Source: Octopus bimaculoides
Lineage: Eukaryota
Assembly (NCBI RefSeq): GCF_001194135.2
Contig: NC_068989.1
Location: forward strand, 277,182-341,181
DNA length: 64,000 nt
Reading direction: 5' to 3'
The notes under the pieces are model-generated. The model was not told where the DNA came from. It searched no databases and worked only from the letters and a program-made list of their open reading frames with translations. Below are positions 48,701 to 61,177 of the stretch, piece by piece (positions within the stretch are counted from its first letter, which is position 1; each line of letters starts with the position of its first letter). Both the position numbers and the translations under genes were made by a program.

Positions 48701-51700
48701 TCATTCGTACGTACGTTCGTTCGTTAGTTCGATCGTTCGTTCGTTAGTTCGATCGCTCGTTCGTTCTTTCGGTCGTACTTACGTACGTGTGTACGTTCGT
48801 TCGTTCGTTCGTTTGTACGTAGGTACGTTCGTTCTTTCGTTCTTTCGTTTGTTCGTTTATTCGTACTTACGTACGTACGTACGTTCGTTGTTACGTTCGT
48901 TCGTTCGTTCGTACGTACGTACGTACATTCATTCGTTCGTACGTACGCACGTTCGTTCGTTCATTTGGTCGTTCATTCATAGATATGTACATACGCACAT
49001 ACGTACGTGAGTTCGTGAGTTCGTACGTACGTACGCACGTTCGTTCATTCGTTCGTTTGGTCGATCATTCGTACGTGTGTACGTATGTACATATGGACGT
49101 TTGTTCGTACGTACGTTCGTTCATACGTACGATCGTTCGTACGTACGTTCGTTCGTTCGTACGTAAGTACGTTCTTTCGTTCGTTCGTTCTTTTGTTTGT
49201 TTGTTCGTTCGTTCGTTCCTTCGTTCGTTTGTTTCTTTCGTTCGTTCGTTTGTTCCTTCTTTCGATCTTTCGTTCGTTCGTTTCTTAATTTCGTTCGTTC
49301 GTTCGTTCGTACGTACGTACCTTCGTTCTTTGGTTCGTTCGTTGGTTGGTTGGTTCGTTCATAATTACGTACGTACGTAAGAACGAACGTACGTAGGTAG
49401 TCCATACGTACGAACGAACGAACGAATGTACGTACGTATGTATGTATTTATGTAGGCAAGAAATAACGAACGAACGAACGAACGAACGAAAGAACGAACG
49501 AATGAACGAACAAACGTACGTACGAACGAACGAACGAACAAACTAACGAATGAAGGAACGAACGAAGGAAAGAACTAACGAACGAACGAACGTACGTACG
49601 AAAGAAAGAAAGAACTAACGAACGAGCGAACGAACGTACGTACGTACGTACGAACGAACGAATGAACGAACGTACGTACGAACGAATGAACGAATGTACG
49701 TACGAATAAAAGAACGAATGAAAGAAATAACGAACGAACGAACGAACGTACATACGTACGAACGCACGAAGGAACGAACGATCGAACGAACAAAGAAACG
49801 AAGGAACGAATGAACGAACGTGTGTTCGTACGTACATAAGTACGAACGACCGCATGTACAGACGTCCGTACGTACGAACGAACGAACTAGAAAACGAACA
49901 AATGAAAGAACGAAAGCACGAACGAACAAAATGAAGGAGAGAACGAACGAAAGAAGGAACATACGAACGAACGAAAGAAACAAACGAACGAATGAACGTA
50001 CGTACGTACGACCGAACGAAAGATCGAACGAACGAAATGAAGGAACGAATAAAAGAACGAAAGAAGGAAGAAACGCACGAAAGAAAGAAACGAACGTACG
50101 TACATAAGTACGAGCGATTGAACGAACGAACAAACGTACGAACGAACGAATGACCGAAAGAACGTACGTACGTACAAACGAACGAACGAACGAACGAATG
50201 AACGAACAAACGAATGAACGTACGTACGTACGAAGGAACGAATGAACAAACAAACGAACGATCGAAGAATTGAACGTACGTACGTACGAACGATTGAACG
50301 AAAGAACGAACGAACGATCGAACGAAAGCACGTACGAACGATCGAACAATTGAACGTACGTATGTACGAAGGAACAAACGAACGAAAGAACCAACGTACG
50401 TACGAAGGAACGAAAGAATGAACGAACGAACGTACGTACGTACGAATGAACGAACGAACGAAAGAACGAATGAACGAACGAACGATCGTACGTAGGAACG
50501 TTCGAACATACGAACGAAAGCATGTACATATGTCCGTACGTACGAGCAAAGGAACGAAATGAAGGAACAAACGAACGTACGTACGTACGAACGTGCGTAC
50601 GTATGTAAGTACGTACATACGTATGAATAAACGACCAAAGGAACGAGCGAATGTGCGTACGTACGAACGAACGTACGAACGACCGACCGACCGAACGAAC
50701 AGAAGAACGAACGAGCGAAAGAACGTTCGAATGAACGAACGAGCGAGCGAACGAATGAAATGGAAGAAGGAACGTACGAACGAGCGTACGTACGAACGAA
50801 CGAACTAACTAACGATCGAAAGAACGAACGAAAGTACGTACGAACGATCGAACCATTGAACGTACGTACGTTCGAAGGAACGAACGAAAGAACGAACATA
50901 CGTACGAACGAACGTACATACGCAATTACGTACATACGAACGAACGAACGTACGTACGTACGAACGAACGAACAAAGGAACGAAAGCATGTTCATCCGTC
51001 TGTACGTACAAGCGAACGAACGACCGAATGAACGTACGTACATACGAACCGACGATCGTACGTACGAACGAACGGACGAATGAACGAAGGAACGAAATGA
51101 AGGAAGGTACAAACGTACGTACGAACGAACGTACGTACGAACAAACGTACGTATGTATGTACGTACATACGTATGAATGAACGACCAAACGAACGAACGA
51201 ACGTACGAAGGAACGAACGTACGACCGAACTAATGAATGAATGTACGTACGTACGTACGAAGGAACGGACGAAGAAACGAACAATTGAACGTACGTACGT
51301 ACGTATGAACGATCGAACAATTGAACGTACGTACGTACGTACAAATGAACGAACGAAAGTACGTACAAACGTTCGAACAATTGAACGTACGTACGTACGA
51401 AGGAACGTGCGAACGAACGAACGAAAGAATGAACGTACGTACGTTCGTATTAATGAAAGAACGAACGTACATACGTAATTACGTTCGTATGAACGAACGT
51501 ACGAATGAACGAACGAACAAACGAACGAACGAACAAACGAACGAAAGCATGTACATAAGTCCGTACGTACGAGTGAAGGAACGACTGAATGAATGTACGT
51601 ACATACGAACGAAAGATCGTACGTACGTACGAACGAACGAACGAACGAAATGAAGGAAGGAAGGAACGTACGTATGAACGAACGTACGTACGAACGTACG

Positions 51701-54700
51701 TACGAAGGAACGTACGTAGTACATACGTATGAATGAACGACCAAAGGAACGAACGAATGTGCGTACGTACGAACGTACAAACGACCGAACGAACGCACGA
51801 ACAAATAAAAGATCGAAAGAACGAACGAAGGAACGTATGAGCGACCGAATGAACGAACGAATATACGTACGTACATACGTTCATACGAATGACCGAACGA
51901 ACGTACGTACGTACAAATGAATGCACGAAGGAACGAACAATCGAATGAACGTACGTACGTATGCACGAACGTAGGAACGTGCGTACTTACGTACGTACAA
52001 ACGAACAAAGAAACGAACGAACTAACGAAAGAACGTACGTAGGTACATATTTACGTACGAACGAACAGATGAACGATAGCATGTACATACGTCCGTACGT
52101 ACGAGCGAAGGAACGACCGAATGAACATACGTACATACGAACGAACGAACGAAAGAACAATTGATCGAACAATTGAATAATCGAACAATTGAACAATCGA
52201 ACGAACGTACGTACGTGCGAAAGAAGGGACGAACAAACGAACGAAAGAACGTACGGACGTACGTACTAATGAAATAACGAACGTACGTACGTACGAATGA
52301 ATGAACGAACGAACGAACGAAAGAACGAACGAACATACGTACGAACGAACGTACGCATGTACGTACGTACATCCGTATGAATGAACGACCAAACGAACGA
52401 ACGTACGAACGAACTAGCAAATGAATGTTCGTACGTACGAACGAACGAACAAACGAACGAAAAAACGGACGTACGTACGAACGATCGAACAATTGAACGT
52501 ACGTACGTACGTACGAACGAACAAACGAACGAAAGAACTAAAGTACGTACGAACAATCGAACAATTGAACGTACGTACGTACGAAGGAACGAACGAAAGA
52601 ATGAACGTACGTACGTACGTACTAATATAAGAACAAACGTACATACGTAATTACGTATGTACGAACGAACAAAGTAACGAACTTACGTACGTACGAACGA
52701 TCGAACGTACGTACGAATGAACGAACAAAAGAACGAACGAATGAACGAACGTACGTACTTACGAACGAACAAACAAACGAACAAAAGCATGTACATACGT
52801 CCGTACGTACGAGTGAAGGAACAACCGAATGAACGTACTTACATACGAACGAACGAACGTACGTACGCACGATCGAACGAATAAACGAAGGAACGAACGT
52901 ACGTACGAAGGAACGTACGTATGTACGTGCGTACATACGTATGAATGAACGATCAAAGGAACGAACGTACGTACGAAGGAACGTACGTACGAAGGAACGT
53001 ACGTACGTATTACGTGCGTATATACGTATGAATGAACGACCAAAGGAACGAACGAATGTGCGTACGTATGAATGAACGAACGACCGACCGAACGAAAGAA
53101 CAAAAGAAAGAACAAACGTATGTACATACGTACGTAGGAACGACCGAACGAACAAACGAACGAACGAACGTACGTACGTAAGTACGTAAGAACGAACGAA
53201 CGAACGAACGAACAAGCAAATGATCGAACGAAAGAAAGAACGAACGTACGTACGTGCGAATTAACGATCGAACGAACGAACTAACGAACAAATGAACGAA
53301 CGTACGAACGACCGCATGAACGGAGGAACAATCTACGTACATACGTTCGTACGAATGACCGAACGAACGTACGTACGTACGTACAAACGAATGTACGTAC
53401 AAACGAACAAACGAATGAACGAACACATGAATGAACGTACGTACGTATGTACGAACGTAGAAACGTATGTACGTACGTACGTACGAACGAACGAAAGCAT
53501 GTACATACGTCCGTACGTACGAGCGAAGGGACGACCGAATGAATATACGTACATACGAACGAACGAACTAACGAATTACGTACGTACGAATGAACGAACA
53601 AACGAACGAACGAACGAACGGACGAACGTACGTACGTACGTACGAACGAATGAACAAAGGAACGAAAGCATGTACATACGTCCGTACGTATGAGCGAAGG
53701 AACGACCGAATGAACGTACGTACATACGAACGAACGAACGAAGGAACGAAATGAAGGAAGGAACAAACGTACGTACGAACGGACGTACATACCTATGAAT
53801 GAACGACCAAACAAACGAACGAACAAACAAACGAACGAACGTGCGTACGTACGAACGTACGAAAGAACGAACTAACGAACGAACGTACGTACGAATGAAC
53901 GAACGAAAGAACGGACTAACGATCGAACGAACGTACGTACTTACGTACGAACGAACGACCGACCGAGCGAAAGAACGAAAGAAAGAACGAACATATGTAC
54001 ATACGTACGTACGAACGACCGAACGAACGAANNNNNNNNNNNNNNNNNNNNNNNNNNNNNNNNNNNNNNNNNNNNNNNNNNNNNNNNNNNNNNNNNNNNN
54101 NNNNNNNNNNNNNNNNNNNNNNNNNNNNNNNACTAACAAACGAACGAAAGAACGTACGTACGTAAGTACGACCGAAAGAACGATCGAACGAACGAACGAA
54201 CGTACGTACGAAAGAACGAAGGACCGACCGAACGAAAGAAAGAACTAAAGAACACATGTACATACGTACGTACGAACAACCGAACGAACGAACGAACTAA
54301 CAAACAAAAGAACGAACGAACGAAAGAACGTACNNNNNNNNNNCGAACGAACGAACTAACAAACAAAAGAACGAACGAACGAAAGAACGTACGTACGTAC
54401 AAACGAACGAACGAACGAATAAATGAACGATCGTACGTGCGTACGTACGTACGAATTAACGAACAAACGAATGAACGAACGTACGAACGACCGAATGAAC
54501 GAACGAACAAACGTACGTACATACGAATGACAGAACGAACGTACAAAAGAANNNNNNNNNNNNNNNNNNNACGTATGTACGAATGTAGGAACGCACATCC
54601 GTACGTACGTACGAACGAACAGACGAACGAAAGCATGTACATACGTCCGGACGTACGAGCGTAGGGACGACCGAATGAACGAAGGAACGAAATCAAAGAA

Positions 54701-57700
54701 GGAANNNNNNNNNNTAAATCAAAGAAGGAACGTACGTACGTACGAACGAACGAACGTACGTACGAATGAACGTACGTATTTACGTACGTACATACGTACG
54801 AATGAACGACCAAACGAACGAACGAAAGAACGAACGTATGTACGAACGATCGAATAATTGAACGTACGTACGTACGTACGAACGAACGAACTAACGAACG
54901 AACGAAAGTACGTACGAACGATCGAACAATTGAACGTACGTACGTACGANNNNNNNNNNNNNNNNNNNNNNNNNNNNNNNNNNNNNNNNNNNNNNNNNNN
55001 NNNNNNNNNNNNNNNNNNNNNNNNNNNNNNNNNNNNNNNNNNNNNNNNNNNNNNNNNNNNNNNNNNNNNNNNNNNNNNNNNNNNNNNNNNNNNNNNNNTA
55101 CGTACGTACGTACATACGAACGAACGAACAAAGGAACGAAACATGTACATACGTCCGTACGTACGAGCGAAGGAACGACCGAATGAACGTACGTACATAC
55201 GAACGATCGTACGTACGTACGGACGAACGAAGGAATGAAATGAAGGAAGGAACAAACGTACGTACATACGTACGATTGAACGACCAAACGAACGAACGAA
55301 CGAACGTGCCTACGTACGTACGTACATACGTATGATTGAACGACCAAACGAACGAACGTGCCTACGTACGAACGTGCCTACGTACGAACGTACGAAGGAA
55401 CGAACATACGAACGAACTAACGANNNNNNNNNNNNNNNNNNNNNNNNNNNNNNNNNNNNNNNNNNNNNNNNNNNNNNNNNNNNNNNNNNNNNNNNNNNNN
55501 NNNNNNNNNNNNNNNNNNNNNNNNNNNNNNNNNNNNNNNNNNNNNNNNNNNNNNNNNNNNNNNNNNNNNNNNNNNNNNNNNNNNNNNNNNNNNNNNNNNN
55601 NNNNNNNNNNNNNNNNNNNNNNNNNNNNNNNNNNNNNNNNNNNNNNNNNNNNNNNNNNNNNNNNNNNNNNNNNNNNNNNNNNNNNNNNNNNNNNNNNNNN
55701 NNNNNNNNNNNNNNNNNNNNNNNNNNNNNNNNNNNNNNNNNNNNNNNNNNNNNNNNNNNNNNNNNNNNNNNNNNNNNNNNNNNNNNNNNNNNNNNNNNNN
55801 NNNNNNNNNNNNNNNNNNNNNNNNNNNNNNNNNNNNNNNNNNNNNNNNNNNNNNNNNNNNNNNNNNNNNNNNNNNNNNNNNNNNNNNNNNNNNNNNNNNN
55901 NNNNNNNNNNNNNNNNNNNNNNNNNNNNNNNNNNNNNNNNNNNNNNNNNNNNNNNNNNNNNNNNNNNNNNNNNNNNNNNNNNNNNNNNNNNNNNNNNNNN
56001 NNNNNNNNNNNNNNNNNNNNNNNNNNNNNNNNNNNNNNNNNNNNNNNNNNNNNNNNNNNNNNNNNNNNNNNNNNNNNNNNNNNNNNNNNNNNNNNNNNNN
56101 NNNNNNNNNNNNNNNNNNNNNNNNNNNNNNNNNNNNNNNNNNNNNNNNNNNNNNNNNNNNNNNNNNNNNNNNNNNNNNNNNNNNNNNNNNNNNNNNNNNN
56201 NNNNNNNNNNNNNNNNNNNNNNNNNNNNNNNNNNNNNNNNNNNNNNNNNNNNNNNNNNNNNNNNNNNNNNNNNNNNNNNNNNNNNNNNNNNNNNNNNNNN
56301 NNNNNNNNNNNNNNNNNNNNNNNNNNNNNNNNNNNNNNNNNNNNNNNNNNNNNNNNNNNNNNNNNNNNNNNNNNGAATGATCTATGTACATAGGAACGAA
56401 TGAACGAAGGAACGAACGTACTTACGTACGTAAGTACGACCGAAAGAACGAACGAACGAACGTACGAGCGTACGTACGAACGAACGAAGGACCGACCGAA
56501 CGAAAGAACGAAAGAACACATGTACATACGTACGTACGAACAACCGAACGAACGTACGAACAAACAAAAGAACGAACGAACGAGAGAACGTACGTACGTA
56601 CAAACGAACGAACGNNNNNNNNNNGAGAACGTACGTACGTACAAACGAACGAACGAACGAACAAATGAACGTTCGTACGTACGTACGAATTAACGATCGA
56701 ACGAACGAATAAACGAACGAACGGCCGAATGAACGAACGAACAAACGTACGTACATACGTTCGTACGAATGACCAAACGAACGTACAAAAGAACGAACGA
56801 ACNNNNNNNNNNNNNNNNNNNNNNNNNNNNNNNNNNNNNNNNNNNNNNNNNNNNNNNNNNNNNNNNNNNNNNNNNNNNNNNNNNNNNNNNNNNNNNNNNN
56901 NNGAACGAACGAACGAAATTATGAACCGACGAACGAACATACGTAGGTACGTACGTACATACATACGAATGAACGAACGAACGAGCGAAAGCATGTACAT
57001 GCATCCCTACGAACATACTTACGTACAAACGAATGAACGTACGTACGTACGAAAGAAATGAAGGAACGACCGAACGAACGAAATTATGAACCGACGAACG
57101 AACATACGTAGGTACGTACGAACGAACGTACGTACGAAGGAAGGAAAGAACGAACGATGGAACGAACGTACGTACGTACGAAGGAAGGAACGAACGAATG
57201 TACAAACTTACGTACGTACGTACTAACGAAAGAATGAACGTACATACGTAATTACGTAAGTACGAACGAACGAACGATGTAATGAAAGAACGAACTTACG
57301 TACGAACGAACGAACGAACGAATGTACGTACGTACAAACGAACGTACGTACGAACGAACGTACGTACGAACGAACGAAAGAACGTACGTACGTACGTACA
57401 TACTAACGAAAGAAGGAACGTACATCAGTAATTGCGTCCGTACGAACGAACGAACTTATGTACGTACGAATGAACGAACGAACGAACGACCGAACGAACG
57501 AACGAAAGAACGAACAACGCACGTACGTACGAACGTACGAACGATCGAACGAACGAAGGAACGCATCTACATACGTACGAACGAACGAACGAGCAAATGA
57601 ACATACTTACGTACGAACGAACGTACAAACGAATGAACGTACGTACGAAAGAAATGAACGAACGAACGAACGAACGAAATTATGAACCGACGAACGAACA

Positions 57701-59206
57701 TACGTGTGTACGTACGTACATACATAAGAATGAACGAACGAACGACCGTACGAACGAACGTATGTACGTACGAACGAACGAACGAACGAACGAGCGAAAG
57801 CATGTACATGCATCCGTACGTACGAGTGAACGAACAACCGAATGAACGTACGTACATACAAACGAATGGTCTATGTACATAGGAACGAATGAACGAAGGA
57901 AGGAACGTACGTACGAATGAACGACAAATCGAACGAACGAACGTGCGTACGTACAAACGTACGAAGGAACGAACGTACGAACGAACGAACGAACTAACAT
58001 AAGAACGAACGTACGTACGAACGAACAAACGAACGTACGTACGTACGAAGGAAGGAACGAACGAATGTACAAACTTGCGTACGTACGTACTAACGAAAGA
58101 ACGAACGTACATACGTAATTACGTACGTACGAACGAACGAACGAACAAACGTACGTACGTACGTACTAACGAAAGAACGAACGTACATCCGTAATTGCGT
58201 CCGTACGAACGAACGAACTTATGTACGTACGAATGAACGAACGAACGAACGACCGAACGAACGAACGAAAGAATGAACAACGCACGTACGTACGAACGAA
58301 CGATCGAACGAACGAAGGAACGCATCTACATACGTACGAACGAACGAACGAGCAAACGAACATACTTACGTACGAACGAACGTGCGAACGTACAAACGAA
58401 TGAACGTACATTCGTACGAAAGAAATGAAGGAACGAACGAACGAACGAAATTATGAACCGACGAACGAACATACGTATGTACGTACGTACATACATACGA
58501 ATGAACGAACGAACGACCGTACGAACGAACGTATGTACGAACGAACGAACGAGCGAAAGCATGTACATGCATCCGTACGTACGAGTGAACGAACAACCGA
58601 ATGAACGTACGTACATACAAACGAATGATCTATGTACATAGGAACGAATGAACGAACGTACGTACGAATGAACGACCAATCGAACGAACGAACGTGCGTA
58701 CGTACGAACGAACGAACGTACGAACGAACGAACGAAAGAACGAACGTACGTACGTATGAACGAAGGAAAGAACGAACGATCGAACGAACGTACGTACGTA
58801 CGAAGGAAGGAACGGACGAATGTACAAACTTACGTACGTACGTACTAACGAAAGAACGAACGTACATACGAACGAACGAACGAACGAACGAATGAAAGAA
58901 CGAACGTACGTACGAACGATCGAACGAACGTACGTACGAACGTACGTACGTACGTGCGAACGAACGAATGAACGAACGTACGTATGTATGTAGGCACGAA
59001 ATATCGAACGAACGTACGTACGTATGAACGAACGAACGAACAAACGAATGAACGTATGTACGTAAGTACGTCCGAAAGAACGAACGAAGGTACGAATGAA
59101 CAAACGAATGAACGACCGAACGAAAGAACGAAGGAACGTACGTATATACGTCCGTATGTATGAACGAACGAACGAACGAACGCACGAACGAATGTACGTA
59201 CGTCCG
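42736..59206. repeat. Complex TTCG/TACG tetranucleotide satellite, about 16.5 kb, with strand inversions and higher-order structure
   Basis: Almost entirely TTCG/CGAA and TACG/CGTA units plus variants (TTCA, TTTG, TATG, TTCC). Orientation blocks: GAAC 42736-42960, TTCG 42970-44680, GAAC 44700-44960, TTCG 44965-49365, GAAC 49380-59206. Many N gaps after 54032. Confidence 0.95.
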
Positions 59207-59209
59207 ACA

Positions 59210-60088
59210 AACAGCCTCTGCAACTACTGCTATTCCGGTCGTTACTACTAGTTCTAGGACCAACTATCTCTGCTACTACTACTACTACTTCTGCTACTAT
59301 TACTACGACCAACAGTCTCTGCTACTGCTGCTAATATGGTCACTACTACTACTACTACTACTACTAGTATATATATATATATATATATTTTTTTTTTAAT
59401 ATATATTATATATATATATATCCATATATATATATCGCCATATATATNNNNNNNNNNNNNNNNNNNNNNNNNNNNNNNNNNNNNNNNNNNNNNNNNNNNN
59501 NNNNNNNNNNNNNNNNNNNNNNNNNNNNNNNNNNNNNNNNNNNNNNNNNNNNNNNNNNNNNNNNNNNNNNNNNNNNNNNNNNNNNNNNNNNNNNNNNNNN
59601 NNNNNNNNNNNNNNNNNNNNNNNNNNNNNNNNNNNNNNNNNNNNNNNNNNNNNNNNNNNNNNNNNNNNNNNNNNNNNNNNNNNNNNNNNNNNNNNNNNNN
59701 NNNNNNNNNNNNNNNNNNNNNNNNNNNNNNNNNNNNNNNNNNNNNNNNNNNNNNNNNNNNNNNNNNNNNNNNNNNNNNNNNNNNNNNNNNNNNNNNNNNN
59801 NNNNNNNNNNNNNNNNNNNNNNNNNNNNNNNNNNNNNNNNNNNNNNNNNNNNNNNNNNNNNNNNNNNNNNNNNNNNNNNNNNNNNNNNNNNNNNNNNNNN
59901 NNNNNNNNNNNNNNNNNNNNNNNNNNNNNNNNNNNNNNNNNNNNNNNNNNNNNNNNNNNNNNNNNNNNNNNNNNNNNNNNNNNNNNNNNNNNNNNNNNNN
60001 NNNNNNNNNNNNNNNNNNNNNNNNNNNNNNNNNNNNNNNNNNNNNNNNNNNNNNNNNNNNNNNNNNNNNNNNNTATATATATATATAT

Positions 60089-60141
<53 letters not shown>

Positions 60142-60150
60142 CATACACAT
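59210..60150. repeat. (CTA)n-like and (TA)n microsatellites flanking the gap at 59448-60073
   Basis: ctactactact... followed by tatatata on both sides of the N run. Confidence 0.85.
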
Positions 60151-60479
60151 ATATATATGTTGAACATTCCAACTCTACAGAAAGAGAGACCCCTGTGCAA
60201 AGTGTCCTGCCTATAGGACTGAATCTTGAAGCACACTGCCATGGCTCTACGAACACATAAATCAACAACATTGAGTCAAGCGTCAGATAACATCGCTTTA
60301 TTTTCATTAAAATGCCCAAATACAGTGGAATTTAATCCAGTTCTTTTTTTTTTTAAATCATTGGTTACAGGGATAAAATATCAGCAAAAAATATATATTC
60401 TGATAGTATTTCTGGAATCTTTTCACAAAATATAACTGTTAATTCATGGATACAAAAGTATTAGATGAATAATAACAAC

Positions 60480-60685
60480 AACAATAATAGTAATTTCTAA
60501 TTTTGGCACAAGGCCAGCAATTTTGAGGGGAGGGGATTAGTCGATTACATCGACACCCCAGTGATCAACTGGTACTTAATTTATTGACTTCAAAAGGATG
60601 AAAGGCAAAGTGTGCCATGGCATAATTTGAACTCAGAACATAAAGAGCGGGAGGAAATGCCACTAAGCATTTGGCCCGACACACT
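60480..60685 (-). mobile_element. Family B SINE
   Basis: Reverse complement aligns with 29920-30132 (ttggcacaaggcc, actggtactta, gaaaggcaaagt, atttgaactcagaac). Confidence 0.75.
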
Positions 60686-61121
60686 GTTTTGCCAGGTTTT
60701 GCCAATAATGATTATGTATCAAAATCTAAATTTTTATACATAAGGTAAAAAAAAAATTTTCCTTCTTTTTAAACCAGAGAATTGAATTAAAAATGTTTTG
60801 AAAAGAAAAACATAAAAATATCTGAATTATATCAGGAAAGATGCTTACAGAAAATGCATTTTAAATTCTAATCAAAAGTTAGAATTTGAAAATGTATGCA
60901 TGGAAGATTTTTTCTAAAAATATAAATCTGTATGCATGTATATGTGCATGTGCTTGTGTGTACATACGAATATATATGTATGTGTATGTATAGATTATGT
61001 ATGTATGTATGTATATATGTGTGTTTGTGTGTGTGTGTGTGTATGTATATTCGTATTTACAGCCTTTCTTATGAATATACAAGTGACCGTCTGCACATGA
61101 ACAATTGCACATACTTCAATG

Positions 61122-61177
<56 letters not shown>

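Noticed and set aside
42736-59206. Possible CRISPR array or foreign/bacterial DNA because of the regular cassette and GC/CpG shift
   Set aside because: There are no unique spacers of constant length and no cas or other prokaryotic genes. The inter-cassette sequence is itself tetramer repeat, and the array is contiguous with host-type DNA on both sides.
42620-59400. More than 150 overlapping ORFs of 60-550 aa on both strands (RSFV/RTYV and ERTN repeats)
   Set aside because: A 4-nt repeat lacking stop triplets yields the same tetrapeptide in all three frames. The ORFs overlap in every frame and strand with no splice or start context, so they are satellite artefacts.
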